The notes beneath the pieces are model-generated. The model was given only the letters and a program-made list of their open reading frames with translations, had not been told where the DNA came from and made no database searches. DNA of 64,000 nucleotides, from NCBI GenBank assembly GCA_002269645.1, contig NIVC01001207.1, positions 271,667 through 335,666 of the forward strand, written 5' to 3'. The translations under genes and the position numbers were made by a program. Source of the stretch: Macrostomum lignano (taxonomy: Eukaryota). Positions 40,304 through 53,700 of the stretch are shown piece by piece; position 1 is the first letter of the stretch; every line of letters begins with the position of its first letter.

Positions 40304-41152
40304 ATGGCCAGCATAGACTTCAGCGAATACCTGTGGGACCGGCCCAGCACTTCAGCCAGTAGCGTTGACGGCAGCACACCGGCAGTAGTTGCCACCGCCG
40401 GCAGGAGACGCAGAAGGAATCACATTCCCAGGCCCATGAATCCGTTCATGGTGTGGGCCAGAGCCGAGCGAAAGCAGCTGTCCAAGGCCAATCCAGATGT
40501 GCACAATGTGGAGCTCAGTCGGCTGTTGGGTGAGTCCCTTATGCATAAACAGGTCTTAACGGGTAGATATTGATGCGAGATACATGCTCCAGACTCTCCA
40601 GAACTGTGAGACCTTCATAGTGGATTAGGGGGGTGGTTGTAGCCTAGTGGTTAGAGCGTCAGACTCGCGACTGAAAGGTCGGGGGTTCGATTCTCGACCC
40701 ACTCGGAACAATTTGCGTCCTTGAGCAATACACTTAACTCTGCATTGCTTCAGTTCACCCAGCTGTAATTAATGGGTGACAGCATTAGCTGGGGTAATTG
40801 AGGGTGTGTGGCGACCCCCCAGTCCTTGGACTGAACAGCCGTACGCAGCCTTCAGAGGCGCCGCGCAATAGCTGCGGCTGAGCTGTCGGTTGCACATCTG
40901 GCCAGGGGGCAGGTGAAATCAAGTCTTATTATATTGAAGCAGCCTAGGCGAGCTACGGGTTATTTTGTACCGCAGCTACAACCAAGCCAAACGTGTAAAA
41001 TCACACGCCACATTCTACTACCAGGCGACAAGTGGAAGTCAATGAGCGACGCCGAGAAGCGCCCTTTTGTGCTTGAGGCGGAACGGCTGAAGCGTCAACA
41101 TCTGACTGACCATCCCGGCTACAAGTACCAGCCGAGGCGCAAGAAGAAGTCG

Positions 41153-41189
<37 letters not shown>

Positions 41190-41620
41190 AACAACAGCAT
41201 CTAACCGAGCTGAAAGAGCGCAGATTTGAGCAGCCTCAGTCCGAGCCTGAGCAGCAGTCAAACTGGGCACCAACTGGTTGGAACAGCACCGGCGGCTACT
41301 CCTACCATTGCAGCTGCAGCTGCTGCTGCTACTGGCAGCAGGCGCAGCAGCACCGCTGCCACCGCAGTCAGGAGCCTCGAATCGAAGACGACTTCGACTG
41401 TTTCGACGCGAACATGTTCGCCAGCTTCCTTGGCAATCTGGACGCCATGAAGTTCTTTTGCCACGACAGCAATGACAGCGGCGGCGGCGGCGGCGGCGAC
41501 ATCAATCGGGATGTTCAGCAGTCAGTGGCGCAGCAGACACCGTCGTTGGGGAGGTTGCAAAATTTTCTAGGCAGCATCGGCGTCAAAGGGGAGTTCAGCG
41601 GTGGCATGTGCCATATCTAG
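40304..41620 (+). CDS. SoxF: Sox HMG-box transcription factor, SoxF (Sox7/17/18)-like, 273 aa; exons 40304-40529 and 41025-41620
   Basis: HMG box [37 protein letters not shown]|[41 protein letters not shown]. The phase-1 intron at LG| is the SoxF-type position. Poly-Q tract; AATAAA at 41627. The group assignment is by eye. Confidence 0.88.
40630..40915 (+). mobile_element. tRNA-derived SINE with a CORE/Meta-like central domain, in the Sox intron
   Basis: A box TAGCCTAGTGGTTAGAGCG and B box GGTTCGATTC are followed by GTCCTTGAGCAATACACTTAACTCTGCATTGCTTCAGTTCACCCAGCTGTAATTAATGGG, which resembles the MIR CORE domain. The 3' boundary is approximate. Confidence 0.8.
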
Positions 41621-42056
41621 TTACTGAATAAAAGTAGATTTCATGATGTCTTACAGCTTATGATAAGATTACCGCAAGTCTGTTTGGCAGACGACCTTCA
41701 GATGACCTTCGTGCGCTCGTGGCCACAGAACGCCCCTTCCTCCCCCAGTGCATTTTTAATCAACCGCGAGCCAGCCTCTTTGAATTGCCAAATTCTGCCG
41801 ATTCTGCTATTCAAAAATACTTTTTTGTTACAAATGTTTCACGACGCGGTAGGCTGCAATCAAACTGGATTTCATGTTGCTGTCAGTCCGAATTCAAATG
41901 ATAAAAATGAACTTTAGGATAAGAGAATAAAAAGTTTCAGAGCTCTCGTTTTTTTTCTTGAAATCCAAATCAGCCTTGAGCAGCTCATGTGCGACTATCG
42001 GACGCGTCTGTCAGATATGCCCTAGCGCAGTCTGATCTTGTTTGCCGAAGATAAAA

Positions 42057-42308
42057 CTAGTTGATAGCAGCATGATTTACTGATGACTGACCAGCGGAGG
42101 CGAGGCGAGATAACGGGGGGGGGCTGGTGCTCACCGCATAATCATTGGCGCCAACTGACCTGAGCAGCTTTTTTGACTGACAACTCGACATGTCGCTCCC
42201 TCTCCTCTCCTGCTCCTGCTCCTCAAAACTGGGCCTGCGGTCAAGTTTTACCTTTAAGGCGTCCTTTGGTCTGGCCTGAGCAGTTGCTCTGAAGCACACG
42301 CGCAGTGT
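42057..42308 (-). CDS. Possible terminal exon of an unidentified gene convergent on Sox (TLRVCFRATAQARPKDALKVKLDRRPSFEEQEQERRGSDMSS...NHAAIN*)
   Basis: A TTTACCTTCAG acceptor is followed by an 84-codon open frame with RRPS/RRGS motifs. No upstream exon was identified. Confidence 0.3.
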   Translation of the reverse strand, partial: TLRVCFRATAQARPKDALKVKLDRRPSFEEQEQERRGSDMSSCQSKKLLRSVGANDYAVSTSPPPLSRLASAGQSSVNHAAIN

Positions 42309-42647
42309 CTGAAGGTAAATAGTGGGTTAAATGGCCCTTCGATTTAGACTTTCTAACCGCAAATGTATTTGGTTTCAAACTAAGGGCTAAACCAGACCAA
42401 ATGTCATGTGAGGTGCACACTGTGTAACAGGTAATTTGCATAGCATAGCAAAACTGTTTGTAAAAATTCAGATTCACGGATGCCATGTGGGCGCCTTCAC
42501 AAAACCTAAATTTAACACCATTGGCTAAGTTATATATATTTCATTTTTTTCATTCCAACGCTTTAGCCGTTAGCTGAAGTTAAGATTTGCATTATCGATG
42601 CCTAACACTGGTGAAGTTTAGGCGATATGAAATGGGATGCTTAAAAT

Positions 42648-43565
42648 CAGAGGCGTCACCACCGGGGGGCAGGAGGACATGTGCCCCCCCTCCTAGTAAA
42701 AGCTGTTAAGGGGGACAAATCATTGATTTTTCCCCAGCCCCCACCTTGTGACCCCGTAATGGAAATCAAGGATTTTGCTTCAGGACACCAAAATCAGTGA
42801 CTGCGGCGCCAAAAGAGTGTCAGTGGGCGCCAAAATGAGTGTCAGTGGACCCAGAAATGAGTGTCAGTGGGTGGTAAAATGAGTGGCAGTGGACGCTAAA
42901 ATGAGTGTCAGTGGGCGGTAAAATGAGTGTCAGTGGGCAGCAGAAATGAGTGTCAGTGGGCCCAGAAATGAGTGTCAGTGGGCCCAGAAATGAGTGTCAG
43001 TGGGCGCTAAAATGAGTGTCAGTGGGCAGCAGAAATGAGTGCCAGTGGGCCCAGAAATGAGTGTCAGTGGGCCCAGAAATGAGTGTCAGTGGGCGGTAAA
43101 ATGAGTGTCAGTGGGTGGTAAAATGAGTGGCAGTGGACGCTAAAATGAGTGTCAGTGGGAGGTAAAATAAGTGTCGTGGGTGGTAAAATGGGCGTCAGTG
43201 GGCGGTAAAATGAGTGTCAGTGGGCGGTAAAATGAGTGTCAGTGGGCAGCAGAAATGAGTGTCAGTGAGCGCTAAAATGAGTGTCAGTGGGCGCTAAAAT
43301 GAGTGTCAGTGAGCGCTAAAATGAGTGTCAGTGGGCGCTAAAATGAGTGTCAGTGAGCGCTAAAATGAGCGTCAGTGGGCGGTAAAATGAGTGTCAGTGG
43401 GCAGCAGAAATGAGTGTCAGTGAGCGCTAAAATGAGTGTCAGTGGGCGCTAAAATGAGTGTCAGTGAGCGCTAAAATGAGTGTCAGTGGGCGCTAAAATG
43501 AGTGTCAGTGAGCGCTAAAATGAGCGTCAGTGGGCGGTAAAATGAGTGTCAGTGGGCGCCAAAAA
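42648..43565. repeat. MITE-like GC-rich terminus (CAGAGGCGTCACCACCGGGGGGCAGG...GTGCCCCCCC) followed by a 22 bp tandem array GTCAGTGGGCGCTAAAATGAGT (~42805-43565)
   Basis: About 34 array copies are directly visible. The upstream terminus resembles hAT-type MITE ends, but no matching right terminus was found. Confidence 0.85.
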
Positions 43566-46500
43566 TAAGTGCCTGTGGCGCATTAAACTGCATTGATTAA
43601 TCTAGTGATCACTGTGAGATAACGCTACTAATTCATATGAGGTATTAACTTATTTGTGGTCATTGATGCGTTCTGAAAAGTGATTTGTCGGAGGCATTAT
43701 ATTGCAGCAGACTACTCATAGTAGAGCAGATTGGGAGCTTGTGCACAATTCTCATCGCAATTATCACGCATTTTTTCTTATCTAATAAAGAGAGAATTCA
43801 CACGTCAGATGATACGCTCGTACTTATTGAGGATCCAAAGCACATTGAGAGACCCTTCTCGGTCTGCTCATTCTTGATAGATCTGGGGCAAGTGTAGCCG
43901 ATTTTGCTTATCAGCTCAGCTCCCTAGCTGTTCACCAATTTCCGGCGATACACCGACGATGGCTAATATTCGGCGTTCGCATTATTCCGCTTCTGGGTGG
44001 CTCTCTTCTATTTAGCGACAGGTAGCAAGTCGTAGTTCAGTTCGCAGCTCGATTCGAGTTCGGTCTGAAAGAAAGACTGGGATAGACTGTGCAATGAATC
44101 CTTCCACTACAGCACCGTATTTTGTATCAAGACTAGGCTTATGAGCGAAGGTGCGGAGCAGCTCATCGGTAGACGCGTCTGACTCTCGCGCTGCGACTCC
44201 TGGTTCGCCTTGTATGCGACGCCTTGTGTGCAGGAAAATCGGTCTTCATAGCCACCCCAAGGCACAGTGAGTGTACATGCCTGACAAGATTAGAAAGTCA
44301 AAGAGCCGCTGTACATCCTGTGTGAGCGTACGTGTGAGCGTGTGCCTGCGGACAGCGTGTGCTCAGGGGTCAGCGGAATGGACTGAACTGCCGTCAGTGC
44401 TGGTGTGTGGGACGGCGTCGCCGGCCCTCGGGATTTAAATAGCTCGTAAATACATTCCTTAACTCTATGCTATATCTTCTACTTAGTGCATGTGAACTTT
44501 ATTACTAGTAAGTCTATGTTTATGTTTAGGTCTAAGACTTGCTATGTGCTCGCATTTTGGACTTGTCACGAGAGCTCAGACAGTCCCATGATAGTGTGAT
44601 CTTCGGAAACACGTGAACTTCAAGGACTTTAGCATTGAATAATCATAGACTTCAACAAAATGTTGAGATTAACAACAATGACTAATAAAATCAACGATAA
44701 GCTCAATAGGAGTTGTTATATTCGCAGTTCGTCAGCTCTGCCTGTCTCAAAGATCTGGATAAAAATTGTTCAACTTTCACGGAGAAAATTTCTCGAGTCG
44801 TCTGGCTCTTCCTTGCCGACTCCCGACCCCTCCCTGGTGCCTCAATCAGCCCGACCTGCAGCAGCTGCGCCAGAGGGCACCCGAGAGCGGCTGAGAAACC
44901 ATGGGGTGCCGGGGGGGGGGGGTAGGCCGAGGCAAAACCCTTTGAGCAGTTTTCTGGGAACCGCGCCCTGATCACAGAGGCCGCCCACCAGACCCGACCA
45001 AACTTACAAAAAACTGAGCTCAGGCCGGGATGCTGCAAGGCACTTCCCATCCCCACGTGGAGAGGCTCATTAGCCCCTACCCCCTGAATCGTCGCAGTTG
45101 CCAGGCGGGGTCAGAGCCTTCCCATGCCCCAGTTCTCTCCCTAAAGCTACGGCACCCCGCTGTGGGAAAGCCGAGCTCAAGTCTTCGTAGTCAAGCTCAG
45201 CCCCGCGCCCTAAGGGGATTAACAGGCGTGGGAACTACCAATTTCAAGGGGATTTTAAACCAGAAAGATAGAAAATTCGGGGATTAATCTAGCATACAAG
45301 TTTTAGACAGTTGTCTACTTGTTCGCCGACTTCAAAAGCAGATTCTGCGCTGATCTGATGGCGGCCAACTGACACAGGTGCAACTGCAGTGGCATGAGTC
45401 AGGTCACAGTTTCCCAGCTGAAATTAATTCAATTTTTTAAGTCTATTCAATGAACACTCAAGCCAGGAAGCTCCAGGTGTCGATATCGAATCAGGCAGGA
45501 TATTCAAATGGACCTCCTTGATTTGATTTGGCTGGTTGAGAAGCAAAACCATCAGCTCCGAACATAATACGGAGACTCTCCCGATCCGTAATTGCGGAAG
45601 AGACTTAACGGGAAAAGGGGGAGAGAAATGTGAGAAAGCGAATTCTCATTTCCCCACTTTTAAAAGCTGCTGTGTCCCCCCATCCTCTCCGTCTCCATCA
45701 TGAGTCGGCCGCATTCCTTGCGAACTGCAGAAGCGACCGAGTGCGTTTGTGTGCGCGCGCTCTCCCTGAGCTTCCTTTTCTCTATGCAAGTCCTGCGAGT
45801 CCCACCGAGCTAATTGGGAAGAATGATTGGCTTTTATCTCCAGCCCAGGGGATAATGGGCGCTCGGCTGCTCCGGCCTGGGTGGCATTATTCGCTGAGCG
45901 GAAGCAGCCCCCCCCCACCCAGACTCTGCTGCTGGATGAGGGGGCACTGCATTCTTGGGGCCTGCCTCACCTGACAATGTCTTCGGCTAGCTGCTGGAAC
46001 CCGCTCTCTCACCCTCAGTCTCTCTCCATCTCTCCATCTCTCCCCCCTCTCTCTCTCCTTGGTCTCAGCGCAGGAAATGCCCCCAATAAAGAGGAGATTG
46101 CAGCTTCCTTAGCCAAGTCTTTGCCCTTCCGCTCCGGGACAAAGGAGAGCCGGGGGCCAAGGTAGGGCCGGGCCACGAAAACAGTTTTCTTTCAGCAGCC
46201 TGCCCCCCCCCCTCCATTCTTCTGCTGACTCCCCTTCTTCGTCGCTTTCTTTTCCTGCGGAGGGCCGATCTAGCGGGCGCCCAAAACTTCCCCACTCTTG
46301 TGCCGCTCGCATGCCCGGAGCTCACTTCCTTTTCTGCAGTCCCCCTCGGAGCCCCCCAGACCCCTCACAAGCCACTCTTTTCAGTCAGCGCTGGCGCAGG
46401 TCAGGTAAAAATGTGGGACTGGCTATTTTTTCAGGATCAGAGTTGAGCTGAGCGCAGCGGCAAGAATGAAGAAGGACCGTTAAACCCGATTGCAGACTTG

Positions 46501-46617
46501 AGGGTGGCGTGCAGGAAGGGAAACAGCGGCTGGCAGGGCCGCTGCCTGCGGTGCACTATTGTTGCCATGGGCGGAGATGCATACAGCATAAATAACTGCT
46601 GATCAGTGACTTAGACC

Positions 46618-47073
<456 letters not shown>

Positions 47074-48454
47074 GGACAGACGGATTTGCGCTCATCTCAG
47101 CCAGTTTGGCAGCGCAGTTCAGAGCAGATAAATCAAGCTACGCACGCGCGCAAAAAGAAGAAAAATTAATAAAGATCTCCGTCTTCCCACTGCATCATCC
47201 CCAAGCCTCAGCCTCTTACCTATAAACTATATGCATGTGAGCATATCTATTCCTCAGAACCTGGACCCCAAACGCCGCCGGAAGAAGCAAGAATTGCTTG
47301 CATTGCTTTTTTATGACCCCCCCTTCTAGTTCCCTATGCAGCCCAGCGCAGTGAAATCTTTTTTGAGCAAGTCTTATCCTTATATATAACAGGCCATGAC
47401 AGTCATTAGCTGCGCTGCGCATGAGAATCAAGGATGAAAGGCGACCGTGGCACTAAGGAGGGCACGTGACCCTCCCCCCTCCTCAGCCAGAGAGATTCCG
47501 GCCGACCACCTTCCACGATGACAGTCTGCAAGATATATGATGATCTCTGGAGTGTAGAAGGGAACGCCCCGCTTGGACCTTGGGGTGACAAACTCATAAT
47601 CTGTGTATGAAAATATAAACAGACAGTATAAATATATAAATAGTAAGGTGAGCCCTCGTGTTTGATCACCTTGGCGGTGCATAGCTGGGATTGTTGGGAC
47701 ACGCGGCGCTCCGTCCCCCCCCCCTGCTCCAACTTTTACACAGAGTCCGAGGCCGGAATCAGTGCTCAGGATAACAACAATAATATAGTAAGACTCCGCA
47801 GACTCCAGGTGCCCCGGCCTCGGAGCCATCGGCACGCGCAGGCCACCGCCAAGGCCGAGGGCTGCCCTGCATCCCAGCAGTTTTTTTTTCTGACTCTCCC
47901 ATTTGCTGGGGAAAAAGTCAATTCGTCTCGTTTTACAATTTCACAACTGCAGACAGATATGGAGGCGGCCGCACCGCAACCAGAGGTCCAGCCGGATTTG
48001 TTTGGTCAGGCCTTCCAACAGTTTGCTTGGCCCTGTATAAGGGATGCATCGCGAGACCCGGTCTCAAGTGCCGCAAGCTGCAGACTCAATTTTTCGCCTT
48101 CCTATTCCTATTTAAAACACAGCTTGGAGACAAGCCCCAGCCGCTTGAGTTGGCTTGAATTACCTGATCTGCCTGTGCAACTGGCAGCTGCTCAGGCAGA
48201 GGATTTTACTCTTGTTGTCATTTCCCCGGGAGTCTGTGTTGGCTCAGACGGCCACCCAGCCCAGTCAGTAAGTGGCTAATTATTGAAGCTAAGCTCCAAT
48301 TCATTAACACACAGTCCAGGCTGGTTCCTTGGCGCTGCTATCGATTTTTTCAGATCCATGAAAATACGAGGATTATCTTGAAATGAGCAAAGCATATAGA
48401 AATCAAGCTGATAATTTTCAAAAGCAAAAATGGCAACTGTAATTGCATTCCATA

Positions 48455-49968
48455 GAACCAACATGGCACCCTCTGGAACCAACATGGCCCTATTGAAACC
48501 AAAATGGCACTCTAAACCAAAATGGCACTCTAAACCAAAATGGCAGTCTGCAGAACCAGCATGGCATCCTCTGGAACCAAAATGCAAATGGCATCCTCTG
48601 GAACCAAAATGCAAATGGCATCCTCTGGAACCAAAATGCAAATGGCATCCTCTGGAACCAAAATGCAAATGGCATCCTCTGGAACCAAAATGCAAATGGC
48701 ATCCTCTGGAACCAAAATGCAAATGGCATCCTCTGGAACCAAAATGCAAATGGCATCCTCTGGAACCAAAATGCAAATGGCATCCTCTGGAACCAAAATG
48801 CAAATGGCATCCTCTGGAACCAAAATGCAAATGGCATCCTCTGGAACCAAAATGCAAATGGCATCCTCTGGAACCAAAATGCAAATGGCATCCTCTGGAA
48901 CCAAAATGCAAATGGCATCCTCTGGAACCAAAATGCAAATGGCATCCTCTGGAACCAAAATGCAAATGGCACCTTATGTAACCAAAATGGCACCTTATGG
49001 AACCAAAATGGCACCTTATGGAACCAAAATGGCACTTTATGAACCAAAATGGCACCCTATGAACCAAAATGGAACCAAAATGGCACTTTATGAACCAAAA
49101 TGGAACCAAAATGGCATTTTATGAACCAAAATGGCACCTCATCAACCAAAATGGCACCCCATGAACCAAAATGGAACCAAAATGGCACTTTATGAACCAA
49201 AATGGAACCAAAATGGCATTTTATGAACCAAAATGGCACCCCATCAACCAAAATGGCACCCCATGAACCAAAATGGAACCAAAATGGCACTTTATGAACC
49301 AAAATGGAACCAAAATGGCATTTTATGAACCAAAATGGCACCCCATCAACCAAAATGGCACCCCATGAACCAAAATGGAACCAAAATGGCATCCTGTGGA
49401 ACCAAAATGGCATCCTGTGGAACTAAAATGACATCCTGTGGAGCCAAAATGGCATCCTGTGGAACCAAAATGACATCCTGTGGAACCAAAATGGCATCCT
49501 GTGGAACCAAAATAGCATCCTGTGGAACCAAAATGGTCCCCTATGAACCAAAATGACATCCAGTGGAACCAAAATGACATCCTGTGGAACCAAATTGACA
49601 TCCTGTGGAACCAAAATGGCATCCTGTGGAACCAAAATAGCATCCTGTGGAACCAAAATAGCATCCTGTGGAACCAAAATGGCATCCTGTGGAACCAAAA
49701 TGGCATCCTGTGGAACCAAAATAGCATCCTGTGGAACCAAAATAGCATCCTGTGGAACCAAAATGGCATCCTGTGGAACCAAAATAGCATCCTGTGGAAC
49801 CAAAATGGCATCCTGTGGAACCAAAATAACATCCTGTGGAACCAAAATGACATCCTGTGGAACCAAAATGACATCCTGTGGAACCAAAATGACATCCTGT
49901 GGAACCAAAATGACATCCTGTGGAACCAAAATGACATCCTGTGGAACCAAAATGACATCCTGTGGAAT
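48455..49968. repeat. Compound minisatellite built on AACCAAAATG: 27 bp units (~48560-48970), a 102 bp higher-order repeat (~49040-49390) and 21 bp units (~49390-49968)
   Basis: GCATCCTCTGGAACCAAAATGCAAATG x ~15; CATCAACC markers at 49140, 49242 and 49344; GCATCCTGTGGAACCAAAATG x ~27. Confidence 0.96.
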
Positions 49969-50744
49969 CAAAGGCTGGAGCCAATTAGAACCAATGCAAA
50001 ATTGCTGCATCAAATAAAAAATGATTAGACCCGAACACCTGACCAAGATCAAGATCAAGATCAAGAAGCCAAGAAGTCATCCGTGGAATACTCAGGCCAT
50101 GGATTATCCATCCCCAGGAAGTCCGCCCAAAGTCCAGATTCAAATTCGCCTCATCATTATTTTCCTACCCGCACCAGCAGCCCGGCCTGCGCTCCCTCCA
50201 ATCCAAGAGACGCCAAGAGAGGCCAAAAGATCCCCAGCAATTCTAGGGGGCAGGGGAAAATAGGAGAGATTTCTGGGGAAGTGAGTAGTGTTGGCGACTG
50301 AAAATCTCCTTCCCCATTTCCCGGGAAGGTGGGGTTATTCCGGACCAATGTCATCCGAGCTTCCTTCCTTCCCATTGGCTGAGCAGGGTTGGAGACTTTG
50401 AGTCCGGCGCCGCCCCGGAGGCTCTTCATCAGGAGGCTGGTCACAGGTCGCCCAATGCATTGCAAGGGGGCAGAGGGGTGGGGTGAGAAGGCGGGGAGGT
50501 AGGGGCTGCCGCCAGGAGAAGTCGGATGGGGTTGGCGCGGCCGGAGCGACTCAAAAACATTCTCGAGGAAATCTCCCGTTAGGAAGGAAGCTGCCACCTC
50601 CGCCATCTCCTCAAGTCTGGATTATTGAGATTCTCGCCTCCCAGCAACAGTTCCATAAATCTCAGCAGCGGCTCTGTTTAGCAGATAATTTAGCAAACTC
50701 GAAACCCTCACAGACAGGTGAATTCTTAGCCATCGGAGTGCACA

Positions 50745-53700
50745 ATGCAGACAATGCAAAACATCAAGCAGGAAGAATACTACAGAGCATGCTCCCTGGC
50801 CGCTGGGGCGCCACTGGCTCCGGTCATGTTTCCTGGTGAGCTTTTTTGCTTTTTTCTGTTGGTTGTTTATGTTTCAAACCTTTTTGTTTCTATGAAAAAG
50901 GGGTTTAAGCAGCAGAGTTTAGTGCAGTTTAGTTTCGAGCATTTTCTAAACAGCTTCGCACGATTAACCATTGATAAAAAACTTCATTCAGCATCGCGTG
51001 ACTGCTTGGCGCGTGTGTGGCTTTCTGGCTATTGACAATTTTCTGAACAGAATTTTTTATGGGGAATTGGGGTGCGCGGGCCTTAGCAACTCGAATTCAT
51101 TTTTCCCAACAGTTTTCAACTCTCCCACTCCTGTCGTGGCGGAGCAGCCCGCACCGTTCCGTTCGACCAAACAGCAGTTCCTCAGCATTCCGGCAGCAGC
51201 AGCGGGTCTCATTTTGCCCCGGGGCGGGACTGGCCCGAGCGGCCTGGTTGAAGGTGCGATACAAAGCCTGGGGGCCCCCCACACCGGTCCGCACAACAAT
51301 GCGAAGCTGCGCGTGGGATGAAGCGAGGCCAGGAGGCTGCAGATGGAGGAGAGATTCTGGGACGGAGGTTGGGGGAGTGGCGGCAACTCAACGCGGCACG
51401 CGAAAAACCGCATGAAAGTTTCTAAAGCTGAGCACAGAACTCAAACTTGTTCCCTCTATTGAATACTGGCCAGCCAGCAGAATGGTTCGCAAAAAAAGCT
51501 TTCCTATTCAACTTCAATATCTTGTGTGTGTGCTGTGTGTGTCCTGAAATCTGAAATCTCAGCCAAGTGCCTGCAGCGGGCGGGTCCCGCATCTCTGCCC
51601 CGATCTCTCTCCCTGGCTGGCCGTCCCGCATTCAAAATTTCTGTGCTGATGATGATGAAGGGGATTTGAGAAGTGACTGTAGGTGGGGGGGAGAGTTGAG
51701 AGTCAGAAAGGCATATTGGGAGAAAAAAGACAGGTATGGGGGTTGTGCGTGGCAGGGATCTGGGAGGCGCGCAATTATCGCTGAGCTGACTGCAGTGGCC
51801 AAGATTTCGGGCAGGCTAACATTGACTGCATTAGAGCGATAGGTCTGAAAATATAATAGTTTTTTTTCAGTACGGAGCCCTTTGATTCATGCGAATTTTA
51901 TTAAATATGCCGCACTGTTCCAGACAACGCCTACTCAAAAACCGGCTGGGGCCGACAGAGCACCCCGACTCCAGGTAAGAGCTAAATTGGCCTCATCTAT
52001 TATACAATTGTACATAGATACAACCAAATCAGCAGCTATTGAAGCGGAAAAACTTCATTCTCGAGCCCTCATAGCAACTGAAGCTGTTGGAAAAAGTTGC
52101 AAAATTTGAATACAGAAGTTTTCTATAGGCGTGAAAATGGCTAGCAAAAAAGTCACGTCTTTTAGCTCGAAAATTTCCAAAATAGCCCCAGCGCTCCCAT
52201 TTCCTGTTCTCTGCAACTGGCTACCTCTGCTCGACTTTCTCTTGCAGGCTACGGCAGCAGCCCGCTGGCCTCATCGCTGACTCCCTACTCGACTCAGCAG
52301 AAGGAGCAGGGCGGCGGCAGCATCAGCGGCGGCTGCGGCGGAGGTGGCGGTAGCGGCGGTGGCGGCGGCGGCGGCGGCGGCGGAGGAGCCGGCAACCAGC
52401 CGGCCCACTGGAGACCGCAAGGTGAGATTTACAACTCGCTGCTGAATGCTTATACGGAATTCGCATGGGATTTGGGGAGATTTTGGGATCTGGTTAGATT
52501 CGGGATCTGGGAGATTTGGAATCTGGGGAAATTCGGGATCTGGAAAGATTTGGGATCTGTGAGGTTTGGGATCTGGGGAGATTCGGGATCTAGAGAGATT
52601 CAGGATCTAGGGAGATTCAGGATCTGGGAGATTTGGGCTCTGATAAGATTTTGGGATCTAGGGAGATTTTGGATCTGGGGAGATTTGGGATCTGGAGAGA
52701 TTTTGGGATCTGGAGAGATTTGGGATCTGGGAGATTCGGGATCTGGGGAGATTCGGGATCTAGAGAGATTCAGGACCTGGGGAGATTCAGGATCTGGGGA
52801 GATTTTGGATCTGGAGAGATTTTGGGATCTGGAGAGATTTGGTATCTGGGAGATTCGGGATCTGGGGAGATTCGGGATCTAGAGAGATTCAGGACCTGGG
52901 AGATTCAGGATCTGGGAGATTTTGGATCTGGAGAGATTTGGGATCTGGGAAGATTTGGGATCTGTGAGGTTTGGGATCTGGGGAGATTTGGGATCTGGGA
53001 GATTCGGGATCTAGGGAGATTCAGGATCTGGGGAGATTTTGGATCTGGGGAGATTTGTGATCTAGGGAGATTGTGGATCTGGAGAGATTCAGGATCTGGG
53101 GAGATTTGGGATCTGGGAGATTCGGGATATAGCGAGATTTTGGATCTCGGGAGATTCGGGATCTAGGGAGATTGTGGATCTGGAGAGATTCAGGATCTGG
53201 AAGACTTGGAGACACAGTCATCTCTGAGCATGAAAGCAAAACACGACAAGGTGCAGAGTTGATATTCGGAGCAGACTGGGCGAATGCTGGCATATGTTGA
53301 AGGACCCGCCAGGCCCGCCCAGATTTGTGCGCAGCAAGTTTGCCCTCACAGGCCGGCGGGGAGCCTCAAAAGCAGCCACTTCTCCACTCCCACTCGATGA
53401 AGAGCGATTCAGCCTTGAGTCCCGAGACTGCAGGTGAAACTCTTGCTGGATGAGGCTCTTCATAATCCTCCGCGGGGGGTCCCAGCCAGGTTCCTCAATG
53501 AGGGGCAATCTTTTTTCTGAGTGAAGAGCTGAAATTGTGGCAGATTTTTTCAATCATCCCGATCTGCCCCATCCCCATTCTATAAACCTAGATTACCTCT
53601 GATCCCGGGGCAGGCAGACAGACAGGCGCATCAATCGAGACATACGTTAGTATAGAACGGCAGAGAATTTCAGGTCCTCTGCTGACACGCAATTCACTTA

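Noticed and set aside
40632-40705. Functional tRNA gene
   Set aside because: The anticodon arm is one base short, the acceptor stem pairs poorly, and it runs directly into a SINE central domain.
48276-50064. Numerous 140-280 aa periodic ORFs on both strands
   Set aside because: Unit lengths of 21, 27 and 102 bp are multiples of three, so stop-free frames arise trivially.
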